From contig CAVVCZ010000001.1 in the NCBI GenBank assembly GCA_963746845.1, positions 324,635 to 388,634 of the forward strand: a DNA stretch of 64,000 nt. Direction: 5' to 3'. Positions 56,005-64,000 of the stretch are shown here, piece by piece. The notes beneath the pieces are model-generated. The model had not been told where the DNA came from, ran no database searches, and saw only the letters and a list, made by a program, of their open reading frames with translations. Every line of letters begins with the position of its first letter. Within the stretch, counting starts at the first letter, position 1. The DNA is from an uncultured Chloroflexia bacterium (GTDB lineage: Bacteria; Chloroflexota; Limnocylindria; Limnocylindrales; CSP1-4). Position numbers and translations under genes: made by a program.

Positions 56005-58164
56005 ATGGACGCCATGACCCGAGTGCTCGACTTCTACAAGACGCAGGTCCGCATCCTGTGGGAGTGGCGGGGCGGCCGGCGAGCGCTGCTCAAGCGGCTG
56101 ATCATCACGCTGATCGTCTCGACCGTCGCGTTCGTGCTGACGGGCGCCCTCCTCCCGGGGATCTCGATCGGGCGCCTGCTCGACGCCGTGATCGCCGTCC
56201 TGCTGATGACCCTCTTCAACGCGATCGTCCGCCCCGTGCTGCTGACCCTCGTCGCACCTCGATCCCTCGTGCTCCTCGGGGTTCTCGTCATCGTCCTGCA
56301 GGTCCTGACCTTCCTCGTCATCGCGCCGCTCGCACACGGTGTCGAGGTCGACGGGTTCCTGCCCGCGCTGATCGGCTCGTTCGTCTACGCGGCGATCAAC
56401 ACGATCCTCACGTCGATCCTCGGGGTCGATCGCGGCGGGTCGTTCTTCGGGTTGCTCGTGTCGCGACTGCTCGCCAACCGTCGTGTCACGACGACCGACA
56501 AGCCGGGCCTCGTGGTCATCCAGATCGATGGGCTGGCCCATCCGATCCTCGCCGGACGGATCCGTGCCGGATCCGTCAACACGATGGGTGGCTGGGTCCG
56601 GAACCGGACCCATCGCCTGTCCCGCTGGGAGGCGCTCCTGCCGTCGATGACGTCGGCGAGCCAGGCCGGGATCCTGCATGGCAACAACGACGGGATCCCG
56701 GCCTTCCGCTGGTACGAGCGAGACCGCAAGAAGCTGATGGTCTCGAGCAACCCGGAGGATGCCGCCGAGATCGTTCGGCGTCTGTCGAACGGTGAGGGCC
56801 TGCTGTCCAACCAGGGCGCCAGCATCTGCAACCTGATGACCGGCGACGCGACGCGGGCGTACGTCACGACGGGGGCGCTCAAGGACCAGTCGCAGGGCCT
56901 CGGCGACAGCCAGGCGTTCCTCGGCTTCTTCTTCAGCCCGAGCGGCTACCTCCGCTCGTTCACGATGTTCGTGGGCGAGTTCGTCAAGGAGCGGTATCAG
57001 GCTCGTCGGACCGTCCGGTCCGGGATCACGCCGCAGATGCACCGGGGCATGAAGTACGCCGGGATGCGGGCCGCGAGCAACGTCCTGCTCCGGGATGTGA
57101 ATGTCTCGCTGATCATCGACGAGATGTATCGCGGGGCGAACGTCATCTACGCGGACTTCACCGACTACGACGAGCTGGCCCATCACTGCGGACCCGAGCG
57201 GATCGAGTCGTTCCAGGCGCTCGACGGCGTCGACGAGGCGATCGGGACGCTCGCGAAGGCCGCAGAGAACGCGGCCCGCCCGTACAAGTTCGTGATCCTG
57301 TCCGACCATGGCCAGAGCCTCGGCGCGACGTTCAAGCAGCGCTACGGCCAGAGCCTCGGCGAGGTGGTCCGGGACCTCATGAGCGGGCGCGCGACGCTCA
57401 TCCAGGCAAAGACCCAGGGCGAGGGCTCGACGTTCGTCAACTCCATGCTCTCGGAGATCACCCGCAGCAAGGGCGTCGGTCCGGCGATCACCCGCGCGGC
57501 CCTGTCGAACCAGACGGACGCCGATGGTGTCGTCAATCTCGACAAGGAGGAGATCCCGCCGCCGGCCGACGAGTCGACGATCGCCGTCGTCGGCTCCGGC
57601 AACCTCGGGCTCGTCTGGTTCACCGGGCACGACCATCGGCTCACGGTCGAGGAGCTCGAGGACCTCCATCCGAAGCTCGTCGAGACACTCGCGGAACATC
57701 CGGGCGTCGGCCTGCTGATGGTTCGCTCGTCGGAGCACGGCGCGGTCGTCATCGGGCCTCGCGGCGTGCGCTTTCTCGACGAGGACCGGGTCGAGGGCGA
57801 GGACCCCACGACGATCTTCGGCCCGCACACGGTGATGAGCCTCCAGCGCGAGGATGCGATGACCCACGCCCCGGACCTGCTGCTGCTGAGCCAGTACGAC
57901 CCCGAGATGGGCGAGGTCGCCGCGTTCGAGGAGCTGATCGGATCGCACGGCGGTCTCGGCGGGTTCCAGACGGAGCCGTTCATCCTGCACCCGATCGAGT
58001 GGGAGCTCGACGAGACGGTTCCGCTCGGCGCACCGGCGATCTACCGGAACCTCCGCCGCTGGCTCAAGTCGATGGGGATCGAGCTGGGCAGGCCGGTGGA
58101 GCCGGCCGCTGCCGCCGCTCCCGCCGTCGGGCCGACCCCGGAGCCCGCAAGCGGCGCGTCCTAG
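56005..58164 (+). CDS. 4-TM holin-like (DUF360) domain fused to an alkaline phosphatase/type I phosphodiesterase domain
   Basis: NAIVRPVL, QIDGLA, SMTSASQ, YDELAHH, LSDHGQ and GSHGG. Confidence 0.88.
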   Translation: MDAMTRVLDFYKTQVRILWEWRGGRRALLKRLIITLIVSTVAFVLTGALLPGISIGRLLDAVIAVLLMTLFNAIVRPVLLTLVAPRSLVLLGVLVIVLQVLTFLVIAPLAHGVEVDGFLPALIGSFVYAAINTILTSILGVDRGGSFFGLLVSRLLANRRVTTTDKPGLVVIQIDGLAHPILAGRIRAGSVNTMGGWVRNRTHRLSRWEALLPSMTSASQAGILHGNNDGIPAFRWYERDRKKLMVSSNPEDAAEIVRRLSNGEGLLSNQGASICNLMTGDATRAYVTTGALKDQSQGLGDSQAFLGFFFSPSGYLRSFTMFVGEFVKERYQARRTVRSGITPQMHRGMKYAGMRAASNVLLRDVNVSLIIDEMYRGANVIYADFTDYDELAHHCGPERIESFQALDGVDEAIGTLAKAAENAARPYKFVILSDHGQSLGATFKQRYGQSLGEVVRDLMSGRATLIQAKTQGEGSTFVNSMLSEITRSKGVGPAITRAALSNQTDADGVVNLDKEEIPPPADESTIAVVGSGNLGLVWFTGHDHRLTVEELEDLHPKLVETLAEHPGVGLLMVRSSEHGAVVIGPRGVRFLDEDRVEGEDPTTIFGPHTVMSLQREDAMTHAPDLLLLSQYDPEMGEVAAFEELIGSHGGLGGFQTEPFILHPIEWELDETVPLGAPAIYRNLRRWLKSMGIELGRPVEPAAAAAPAVGPTPEPASGAS

Positions 58165-58191
58165 CTCGGGCTGGTCCCGTCGCTCCGACCC

Positions 58192-59925
58192 CTAGGCGGT
58201 TCGCGAGCCGCCGGCGGCGCCGTACAGCCCGAGCAGCCGGCCACGGAGCTCGCCGCTCGCCCCGACGAGGGCCAGGAAGTCGTCGCCGTCCATCTCGAGG
58301 AGCCGGCCCGGCTCGTCGGCGGTGACGGTCGCGGTCCGGACGGTCCGGTTCAGGAGGCCGAGCTCGCCGAACACCTCGTCCGGGCCGAGCGTCCGCAGCA
58401 GGGACGTGCCCCCCGCGTCATTCATCTGGCTGACCGAGAACCGGCCCCCCTCGATGATGAAGAAGCGGTCCGCCGGCTCGCCCTGCTCGATGATGACCTG
58501 GCCGGCGACGACGTCGATCGGTCGCACCTGTCCGAGCGCGGCCTCCAGTCGCGACGCGGAGACGCCGGCGAACAGCGGCAGCTTCGCGACCCGGGCCAGG
58601 ATCGCCTCGAACGGGCTGGCGGGACGACTGGTTGCGCCCCCCATCAGGGCAAGGCCGACGAGGCTCCCGGCGAACGTCAGGATCGCGAACCCGCCGAGCG
58701 CCAGAGCCGCGCCCAGCGCGACGATCAGGACGGGCATGACGAACGCACCGGCGGCGCCGGACACCGTGTTCGCGGTCATCAGCAGCCCGATCGCACGGCC
58801 GCGGAGCGCGTCCGGCACGAGGCGTTGGAAGATCGTCGTGAGGATGACGTCGAGGACGATCGATCCCGCCGCGGACAGACCGAGGGCGAACAGCGCCACC
58901 GAGAGGAGCGGGATCCCGCCCATCGCGGCGACACCGGCCGAGGTCAGCGCGGCGCCGGCCACGAGCGGGACGCCGAGGCTGCGGCGCAGGACGAGGACGC
59001 CGGAGACGACGGCACCGATGAGTCCGCCCACCCCGATCGCCGCATTCAGATAGCCGTTCGCCTCCTCGCCGGCGTTCAGGACGGTGACGGCGAGGATGAT
59101 CGTCGACGCCTGGAGCCCGCCGTCCAGGAACCCGACGATCACCTGGATGAGGCCGAGCCCGACCATCGGCGTCACCGGGATGGCCTCGGTCGCAGTCGTG
59201 GCCGCGACCGGTTCCGGCCGGGACTCGACCGACGTGCCCGCCGCCGTGGCGGCCGGCGCCGTGGCGGCCGGCGCCGTAGCGGCCGGCGACGGCGCCGGCG
59301 CTTCGATCTCGGCCGTCTCGGTCGGCTGGCCCGGGATCGACGGCGGCAGCGTCCACAGGATCGCGGCGATGACCCCGAACGTGACCGCGTTGAGGATGAA
59401 CGCGATATCGAGGCCGCCGGCCGCGATGAGGACGCCGCCGATCGCCGGCCCGACGATGAAGCTGACGTTCCCGAGACTGGCCCAGGCGCTGTTCGCCGGG
59501 CCGAGCTGACGTTCGTCCTTGGCGAGGGCCGGGAGATACGCGCCGACCGCCGGGTAGAAGAACGTCGATCCAGAGGCGGCGATCATCGCCACGCCGACGA
59601 TCGCGAGGATCGGCCCGTTGATGGCGACGAGCCAGGTCAGGACGAGCATGCACGCGCCGCGGACGAGGTCCGAGGCGAGGAGGACGAGGCGCCGGTCGAA
59701 GCGATCGGCGGCCAGCCCGGCCGGGATCGACAGCACGATGTACGGGATCATCCGGACAGCGCCGAACAGGCCGACCGTCGTCGCGTCGTTGGTGTCGCGG
59801 TAGATCACGACGAAGATCGCGACGATGTACAGCCAGTCGCCGATCCCGCTGATGAACTCGCCGAGGAGCAACTTGGTCAGCGGCCGGTTCGCCAGCAGGT
59901 CGCGGTAGACGCGAAGCGCTCCCAC
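58192..59925 (-). CDS. MFS transporter fused to a cyclic-nucleotide-binding domain
   Basis: GLAADRFDRR, then a C-terminal QGEPADRFF...FGELGLL..RTATV domain. Confidence 0.9.
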   Translation of the reverse strand: MGALRVYRDLLANRPLTKLLLGEFISGIGDWLYIVAIFVVIYRDTNDATTVGLFGAVRMIPYIVLSIPAGLAADRFDRRLVLLASDLVRGACMLVLTWLVAINGPILAIVGVAMIAASGSTFFYPAVGAYLPALAKDERQLGPANSAWASLGNVSFIVGPAIGGVLIAAGGLDIAFILNAVTFGVIAAILWTLPPSIPGQPTETAEIEAPAPSPAATAPAATAPAATAAGTSVESRPEPVAATTATEAIPVTPMVGLGLIQVIVGFLDGGLQASTIILAVTVLNAGEEANGYLNAAIGVGGLIGAVVSGVLVLRRSLGVPLVAGAALTSAGVAAMGGIPLLSVALFALGLSAAGSIVLDVILTTIFQRLVPDALRGRAIGLLMTANTVSGAAGAFVMPVLIVALGAALALGGFAILTFAGSLVGLALMGGATSRPASPFEAILARVAKLPLFAGVSASRLEAALGQVRPIDVVAGQVIIEQGEPADRFFIIEGGRFSVSQMNDAGGTSLLRTLGPDEVFGELGLLNRTVRTATVTADEPGRLLEMDGDDFLALVGASGELRGRLLGLYGAAGGSRTA

Positions 59926-60010
59926 ACGTCCCTCGAGCCCGGGCGATCCGGCGGCGGCGGCGCCGCCGTTCCACGCGCCGCCATGGTAGCGGCGTGGATC
60001 GGGCCTCTGC

Positions 60011-61333
60011 TCAGCCTCCGAACGCGGCCTGGACTCTCCGCCACGACTCGTCGATCCGGGCCGCCGGGATCCGACCCGCGGCCACGGCAGCCGCGACCAC
60101 TCCCACGACCCGCTCGACGACCCGCGGGTCGTAGACCTGCTGGTTGGCGAAGAGCAGCAGGTCGTTTCCCGCCTCGAGCGCGAGCAGGACAGCCTCGTCG
60201 CGACCGAACTGGCGGGTGATCGCGGCCGCCTGGAGATCGTCGGTGACGACGGGTCCGGTCCAGCCGAGCTCCCCGCGCAGGATCCCGGTGACGGTCGGCT
60301 TCGACAGCGAGGCCGGCCGGTGCGCGTCGAGCTGGCCGTTGACGACGTGGCCGGCCATCACGAGGTCCGCCTCGCCTGCCGTGATCAGCCGCCGGAACGG
60401 CTCGAGCTCCGTGCGGGTCCAGGTCTTCGTCACGTCGGCCACACCGAAGTCCGTGTTGGTCGTCGAGCTGCCGATGCCCGGGAAGTGCTTGAGCGTCGTC
60501 CGGACGCCGGCGGCTCGATGCGCCTCGATCTCGATCGTCGCCCGCTGGACGACGACGTCCGGATCCGCCGAGAACGCCCGGTCGAGCGCGCCGATCGCCG
60601 GGCTCCGCGGATTGACGTCGAGATCGACCACGGGGGCGAAGTTCAGGTTGATCCCCGCATCGGACAGGGTCGTGCCGATGCCCTTCGCCCACGTCCGGGT
60701 CGCCGCCACCGACCCGCGCCCGATCTCGGCCTCCGAGGCGACCGGCGGGAACCCGTGGGCCGGACCGAGCCGGGTCACGATCCCGCCTTCCTGGTCGACG
60801 CTGACGATGATCCCGCGGTCGCCGGCGGCGGCCCGCAGGTCACCCACGAGGGTCCGGACCTGCGCGGGCGAGAGGACATTGCGCTGGGCCCCAGTGGGCT
60901 GGTCGCGGTCGAACAGGACGACCCCGCCGAGCCCGCCGTCACGGAGCGCGGTTCGCAGCCACGGCGTCTGCTCCAGGCGCGAGCCGCGGAACCCGACGAT
61001 GAGCAGGCCGGCGATCCGGTGGCGGAGCTCCGCGTCGGTGATCTGCGAGGACGGGGCCGGTGTCCGGCTCGGGGACGGCGGCGGAGCCGAGGCGGACCCG
61101 GTCGGCGGGGACGGATTCGGTGATGACGAGGGGGCCGGTGACGCCGAGTCCGACTCGTCCGGCCGCGCCGACGGAGAGGGTGGCGGGGCCGGGGAGCCGC
61201 ACGCCGCGAGGAACATTGCCACGCCGCCCAGTGCCCCGGCTCGGAGCAAATCCCGGCGCGAGACGACGCGCACAGCACGAGGTCGGGCCGGATGGCCGGG
61301 AGCGTGATCGGTCACGATCGATTCACGTTCCAT
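60011..61333 (-). CDS. Tat lipoprotein GH3 glycoside hydrolase (NagZ-like)
   Basis: SRRDLL, LAAC, DQEGG, NFAPVVD, KHFPG and TDDL. Confidence 0.88.
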   Translation of the reverse strand: MERESIVTDHAPGHPARPRAVRVVSRRDLLRAGALGGVAMFLAACGSPAPPPSPSARPDESDSASPAPSSSPNPSPPTGSASAPPPSPSRTPAPSSQITDAELRHRIAGLLIVGFRGSRLEQTPWLRTALRDGGLGGVVLFDRDQPTGAQRNVLSPAQVRTLVGDLRAAAGDRGIIVSVDQEGGIVTRLGPAHGFPPVASEAEIGRGSVAATRTWAKGIGTTLSDAGINLNFAPVVDLDVNPRSPAIGALDRAFSADPDVVVQRATIEIEAHRAAGVRTTLKHFPGIGSSTTNTDFGVADVTKTWTRTELEPFRRLITAGEADLVMAGHVVNGQLDAHRPASLSKPTVTGILRGELGWTGPVVTDDLQAAAITRQFGRDEAVLLALEAGNDLLLFANQQVYDPRVVERVVGVVAAAVAAGRIPAARIDESWRRVQAAFGG

Positions 61334-62072
61334 CCGGCCGTGGCGCACGGCGGCGGCGCCGGCGACCGAGCCCGGCGAGCCCATCCAGCACCCGCTCGAG
61401 CCCGAAGGCGAAGCGTTCATCGAAGGTCAGGTCGTCGGCGGCGACCACGATTCGGGCGAACGCTGGGTACCGTCCGTCGGAGACGACCGAGCGGACCCAT
61501 GGTGCGACCGTCGCCCGCCATTCCTGTTCGGTGAGACCCGTCCGGCGCTGCTCGGCCGCCTCGGCGAGCTCCGCGCCGACGGCGCCCTGGACGTAGGACA
61601 GCAGGGTTGACGTGACCTCGGCCGCCGTCGTCGGATCGTCCGCGAGCTCGAGGGCGAGGGCCGAGACCAGCTCGGCGCCCCGGACCGCGTTCGGGCCGAC
61701 GGGGGACCTGGTCGCGTACTGCGAGGCGAGCCACGGGTGGGCGAGCAGCACCGTGCGCGTCGCGACGGCCACGAACCGCAACCCGTCACGCCAGCCCATG
61801 GGTGTCGCGGGCAGCTCCAGACCCGCCGAGCCGTAGGCCGCGTCGATCATCAGGTCGAGCAGCTCGTCCCGTCCTGCGACGTGGCGGTACAAGGTCGTGG
61901 TACCGGTCCCGAGCTCCACTGCCAGGCGCCGCATCGAGAGCTCCTCGAGCCCCTCCCGGTCGGCGAGGTCGATCGCGGCCCGGACGATCCGATCGAGCTC
62001 GCGGCGTGATCGCTCCGACAGACCGTCGAGGCGGAGCCAGACGACCTCGCGCTGGCTTGACGGGTTCGCCAT
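61323..62072 (-). CDS. TetR family regulator (TetR_C type)
   Basis: LSMRRLAVELG.GTTTLYRHV and FAFGLERVLDG. Confidence 0.9.
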   Translation of the reverse strand: MANPSSQREVVWLRLDGLSERSRRELDRIVRAAIDLADREGLEELSMRRLAVELGTGTTTLYRHVAGRDELLDLMIDAAYGSAGLELPATPMGWRDGLRFVAVATRTVLLAHPWLASQYATRSPVGPNAVRGAELVSALALELADDPTTAAEVTSTLLSYVQGAVGAELAEAAEQRRTGLTEQEWRATVAPWVRSVVSDGRYPAFARIVVAADDLTFDERFAFGLERVLDGLAGLGRRRRRRAPRPDGT

Positions 62073-62126
62073 CCGGTCTCCACGCCGCGTTCACAATCCG
62101 GAACGACCATCGTCGCCGGGGAACGG

Positions 62127-62182
62127 TTGACTCGAGTCTAACAACGCGGCTACAGTGTTGCCAATCCGGGAACACCGTTCCC
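62127..62182 (+). promoter_or_regulatory. sigma70-type promoter (TTGACT-N18-TACAGT) followed by palindrome GGGAAC-N3-GTTCCC
   Basis: Lies between the divergent TetR and ABC genes. Confidence 0.6.
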
Positions 62183-62218
62183 ATTCCCGCCCGCAACCTT
62201 GTCGCTCGGAGAGCCCAC

Positions 62219-63190
62219 ATGGACCCGATCATCCAGGTCGAGCACCTGGTCAAGCGCTACAAGAAGTCGACGGAGCCGGCCGTCGACGACATCAGCTTCG
62301 ACGTCCGGCCGGGCGAGCTGTTCGCCTTCCTCGGGCCGAACGGTGCCGGCAAGACGACCACGATCTCGATCCTGACGACGACCCTGGCCAAGACGGCCGG
62401 CACCGTCCGGATCGCCGGGCACGACCTGGACCGCGACGCGACGGCCGTCCGCCGGAGCATCGGGATCATCTTCCAGAACCCGAGTCTCGACCTGCACCTG
62501 TCGGGCGAGGAGAACATCCGGCTCCACGTCGCCCTGTACGGGCTCTATGGCTACCGTCCGGTCTATCGGCTCATGCCGGCCGACTACCGGAGCCGGGTCG
62601 AGGAGCTCGCCGAGGTGGTCGGGCTGGGCGACGACCTGCGTCGCCCGCTCAAGACCTACTCGGGCGGCATGAAGCGCAAGCTCGAGATCATCCGGAGCCT
62701 GATGCACCGGCCGGGAGTCCTGTTCCTCGACGAGCCGACGAGCGGCCTGGACCCGGTGAGCCGCCACTCCCTGTGGCAGTACCTGCTCCGCGCCCGCGCC
62801 GCCGATGGCACGACGATCTTCCTCACGACCCACTACCTGGAGGAGGCCGAGGAGGCCGACCGGGTGTGCGTGATCGACCATGGACGGATCGCGATGATGG
62901 GCACGCCGGACGAGATGAAGGCGGCGCTCCTCGAGCGCTCGATTGAGCTCGACGCCGTGGATCGGCCGGCCCTCCTGGCGGAGCTGGCCCGGTTCGGCCT
63001 CGAGCCGGTGGTCGGCGACGCGGGCGGCGTCCGAGTCGCCTACGACGGCGTGACCGCCCAGTCGATCATCGCCCGCATCACCACGCCGCTGACGGCCCTC
63101 CGGGTCCACGACCCGAGCCTCGAGGAGGCATACGTCGAGCTGCTCCGGTCCAGCGGATCGGACGCCGACGACGAGGAGGCCGCCGCATGA
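62219..63190 (+). CDS. DrrA-like ABC exporter ATP-binding protein
   Basis: GPNGAGKTT, YSGGMKRK, DEPTSGLD and TTHY. Confidence 0.92.
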   Translation: MDPIIQVEHLVKRYKKSTEPAVDDISFDVRPGELFAFLGPNGAGKTTTISILTTTLAKTAGTVRIAGHDLDRDATAVRRSIGIIFQNPSLDLHLSGEENIRLHVALYGLYGYRPVYRLMPADYRSRVEELAEVVGLGDDLRRPLKTYSGGMKRKLEIIRSLMHRPGVLFLDEPTSGLDPVSRHSLWQYLLRARAADGTTIFLTTHYLEEAEEADRVCVIDHGRIAMMGTPDEMKAALLERSIELDAVDRPALLAELARFGLEPVVGDAGGVRVAYDGVTAQSIIARITTPLTALRVHDPSLEEAYVELLRSSGSDADDEEAAA

Positions 63191-64000
63191 CCGCCACCGT
63201 CGTCCCGGCCACGCTCGCTCGCCCCGGCATCCGCAGCCGCTTCGCCCGCGAGGTGAACGCGACGTTCGCGATCGCCTGGCGGGAGATCCTGCGGGCGGTC
63301 AAGAGCCCGCTGTCGATCGCGTTCACGGTGATCTTCCCGGTGATCTTCATCGGGATCATGGGCGGAAGCATCTCGCAGAACCTGAGCGGTGCCCTGCCCT
63401 ACGCGTACCTGCCGTTCATGCTCATCGGGATGATCGCGAACACGATGTACCAGGGGACGATCACCGGCGTGACGAACCTGGTCGAGGAGCGCGAGAACGA
63501 CTTCACGGCCGAGCTCTTCGTCGCCCCGATCTCGCGCTACGCCGTGCTGCTGGGCAAGATCATCGGGGCGGGGATCGCGTCGCTGATCGCGCTGGTCGGG
63601 ATCATCGCGATGATCTTCGTCATGCAGATCCCGATGAACTTCGGGGACCTGCTCCGGGTGATCGCCCTGGCACCGATCCTCGCCCTCGCCGGCGGTGCGC
63701 TCGGGGTGTTCTTCATCGGCTTCGTCCACGATCCCAAGACTGCGGGTGCCGGTGTCGCGCTGCTGATCTTCCCGCAGGTGTTCCTGTCGGGCGCCCTGAT
63801 CCCGGTCGCGAACTCGACGGGGATCCTGGGTCTGCTCGCGAAGCTGATGCCGATGACCTACAGCATCGACCTCGCCCGGAACATCTTCTATGCGGGCAAG
63901 CCGGAGGCGGCCTTCACGGTCCTCCACCCGGCCTGGCTCGACCTCGTGATCACCGTCGGGTTCTTCCTCGTCTTCACGATCGTCGGGACGTACTTCTTCG
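63187..64000 (+). CDS. ABC-2 type permease (runs off window)
   Basis: ATGA overlap with the ATPase; hydrophobic frame with LLGKIIG, FLSGALIP and LMPMTY. Confidence 0.85.
   Translation, partial: MTATVVPATLARPGIRSRFAREVNATFAIAWREILRAVKSPLSIAFTVIFPVIFIGIMGGSISQNLSGALPYAYLPFMLIGMIANTMYQGTITGVTNLVEERENDFTAELFVAPISRYAVLLGKIIGAGIASLIALVGIIAMIFVMQIPMNFGDLLRVIALAPILALAGGALGVFFIGFVHDPKTAGAGVALLIFPQVFLSGALIPVANSTGILGLLAKLMPMTYSIDLARNIFYAGKPEAAFTVLHPAWLDLVITVGFFLVFTIVGTYFF

Noticed and set aside
56005-56450. Holin as evidence of a prophage
   Set aside because: The 4-TM DUF360 domain is fused to a phosphodiesterase, a common chromosomal architecture, and there are no phage neighbours.
59243-59290. 15-bp tandem repeats here and at about 55815-55865
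   Set aside because: They encode ordinary Pro/Ala/Thr linkers.
161-63927. Many long overlapping ORFs (e.g. 161..1597, 11522..13432, 24087..25853, 55270..57990)
   Set aside because: They are antisense or alternate-frame shadows of real genes, typical of high-GC DNA, with Arg/Pro-rich translations and no motifs.

Overview
High-GC bacterial chromosomal window. Gene content and style suggest Chloroflexota or another terrabacterial lineage, which is inference only. From left to right it holds: (i) a DUF2252 / three DUF1269-type / SHOCT / MalT-like LuxR / MFS / TMEM175 cluster with a shared TCCTCC-N5-GGAGGA palindrome; (ii) a 13 kb malic enzyme, PHA (phaA, phaB, phasin, PhaQ-like, PhaR/E-like, phaC) and PFOR block, bracketed by CBS genes and two copies of a Kelch-repeat gene remnant; (iii) assorted metabolic and regulatory genes; (iv) a 39.4-52.2 kb island at the 3' end of tRNA-Arg(CCG); (v) transporter and hydrolase genes. 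The island is the most notable feature. It contains four copies of a serine-integrase-type att site: 12-bp inner and 7-bp outer inverted arms around a central GG. Each copy lies inside a remnant of a recombinase 3' end. The sites separate small cargo modules, and no intact integrase is present in the window, so it resembles a cassette-like tandem array. The att position also means the integrase C-terminus would be swapped on integration or excision.
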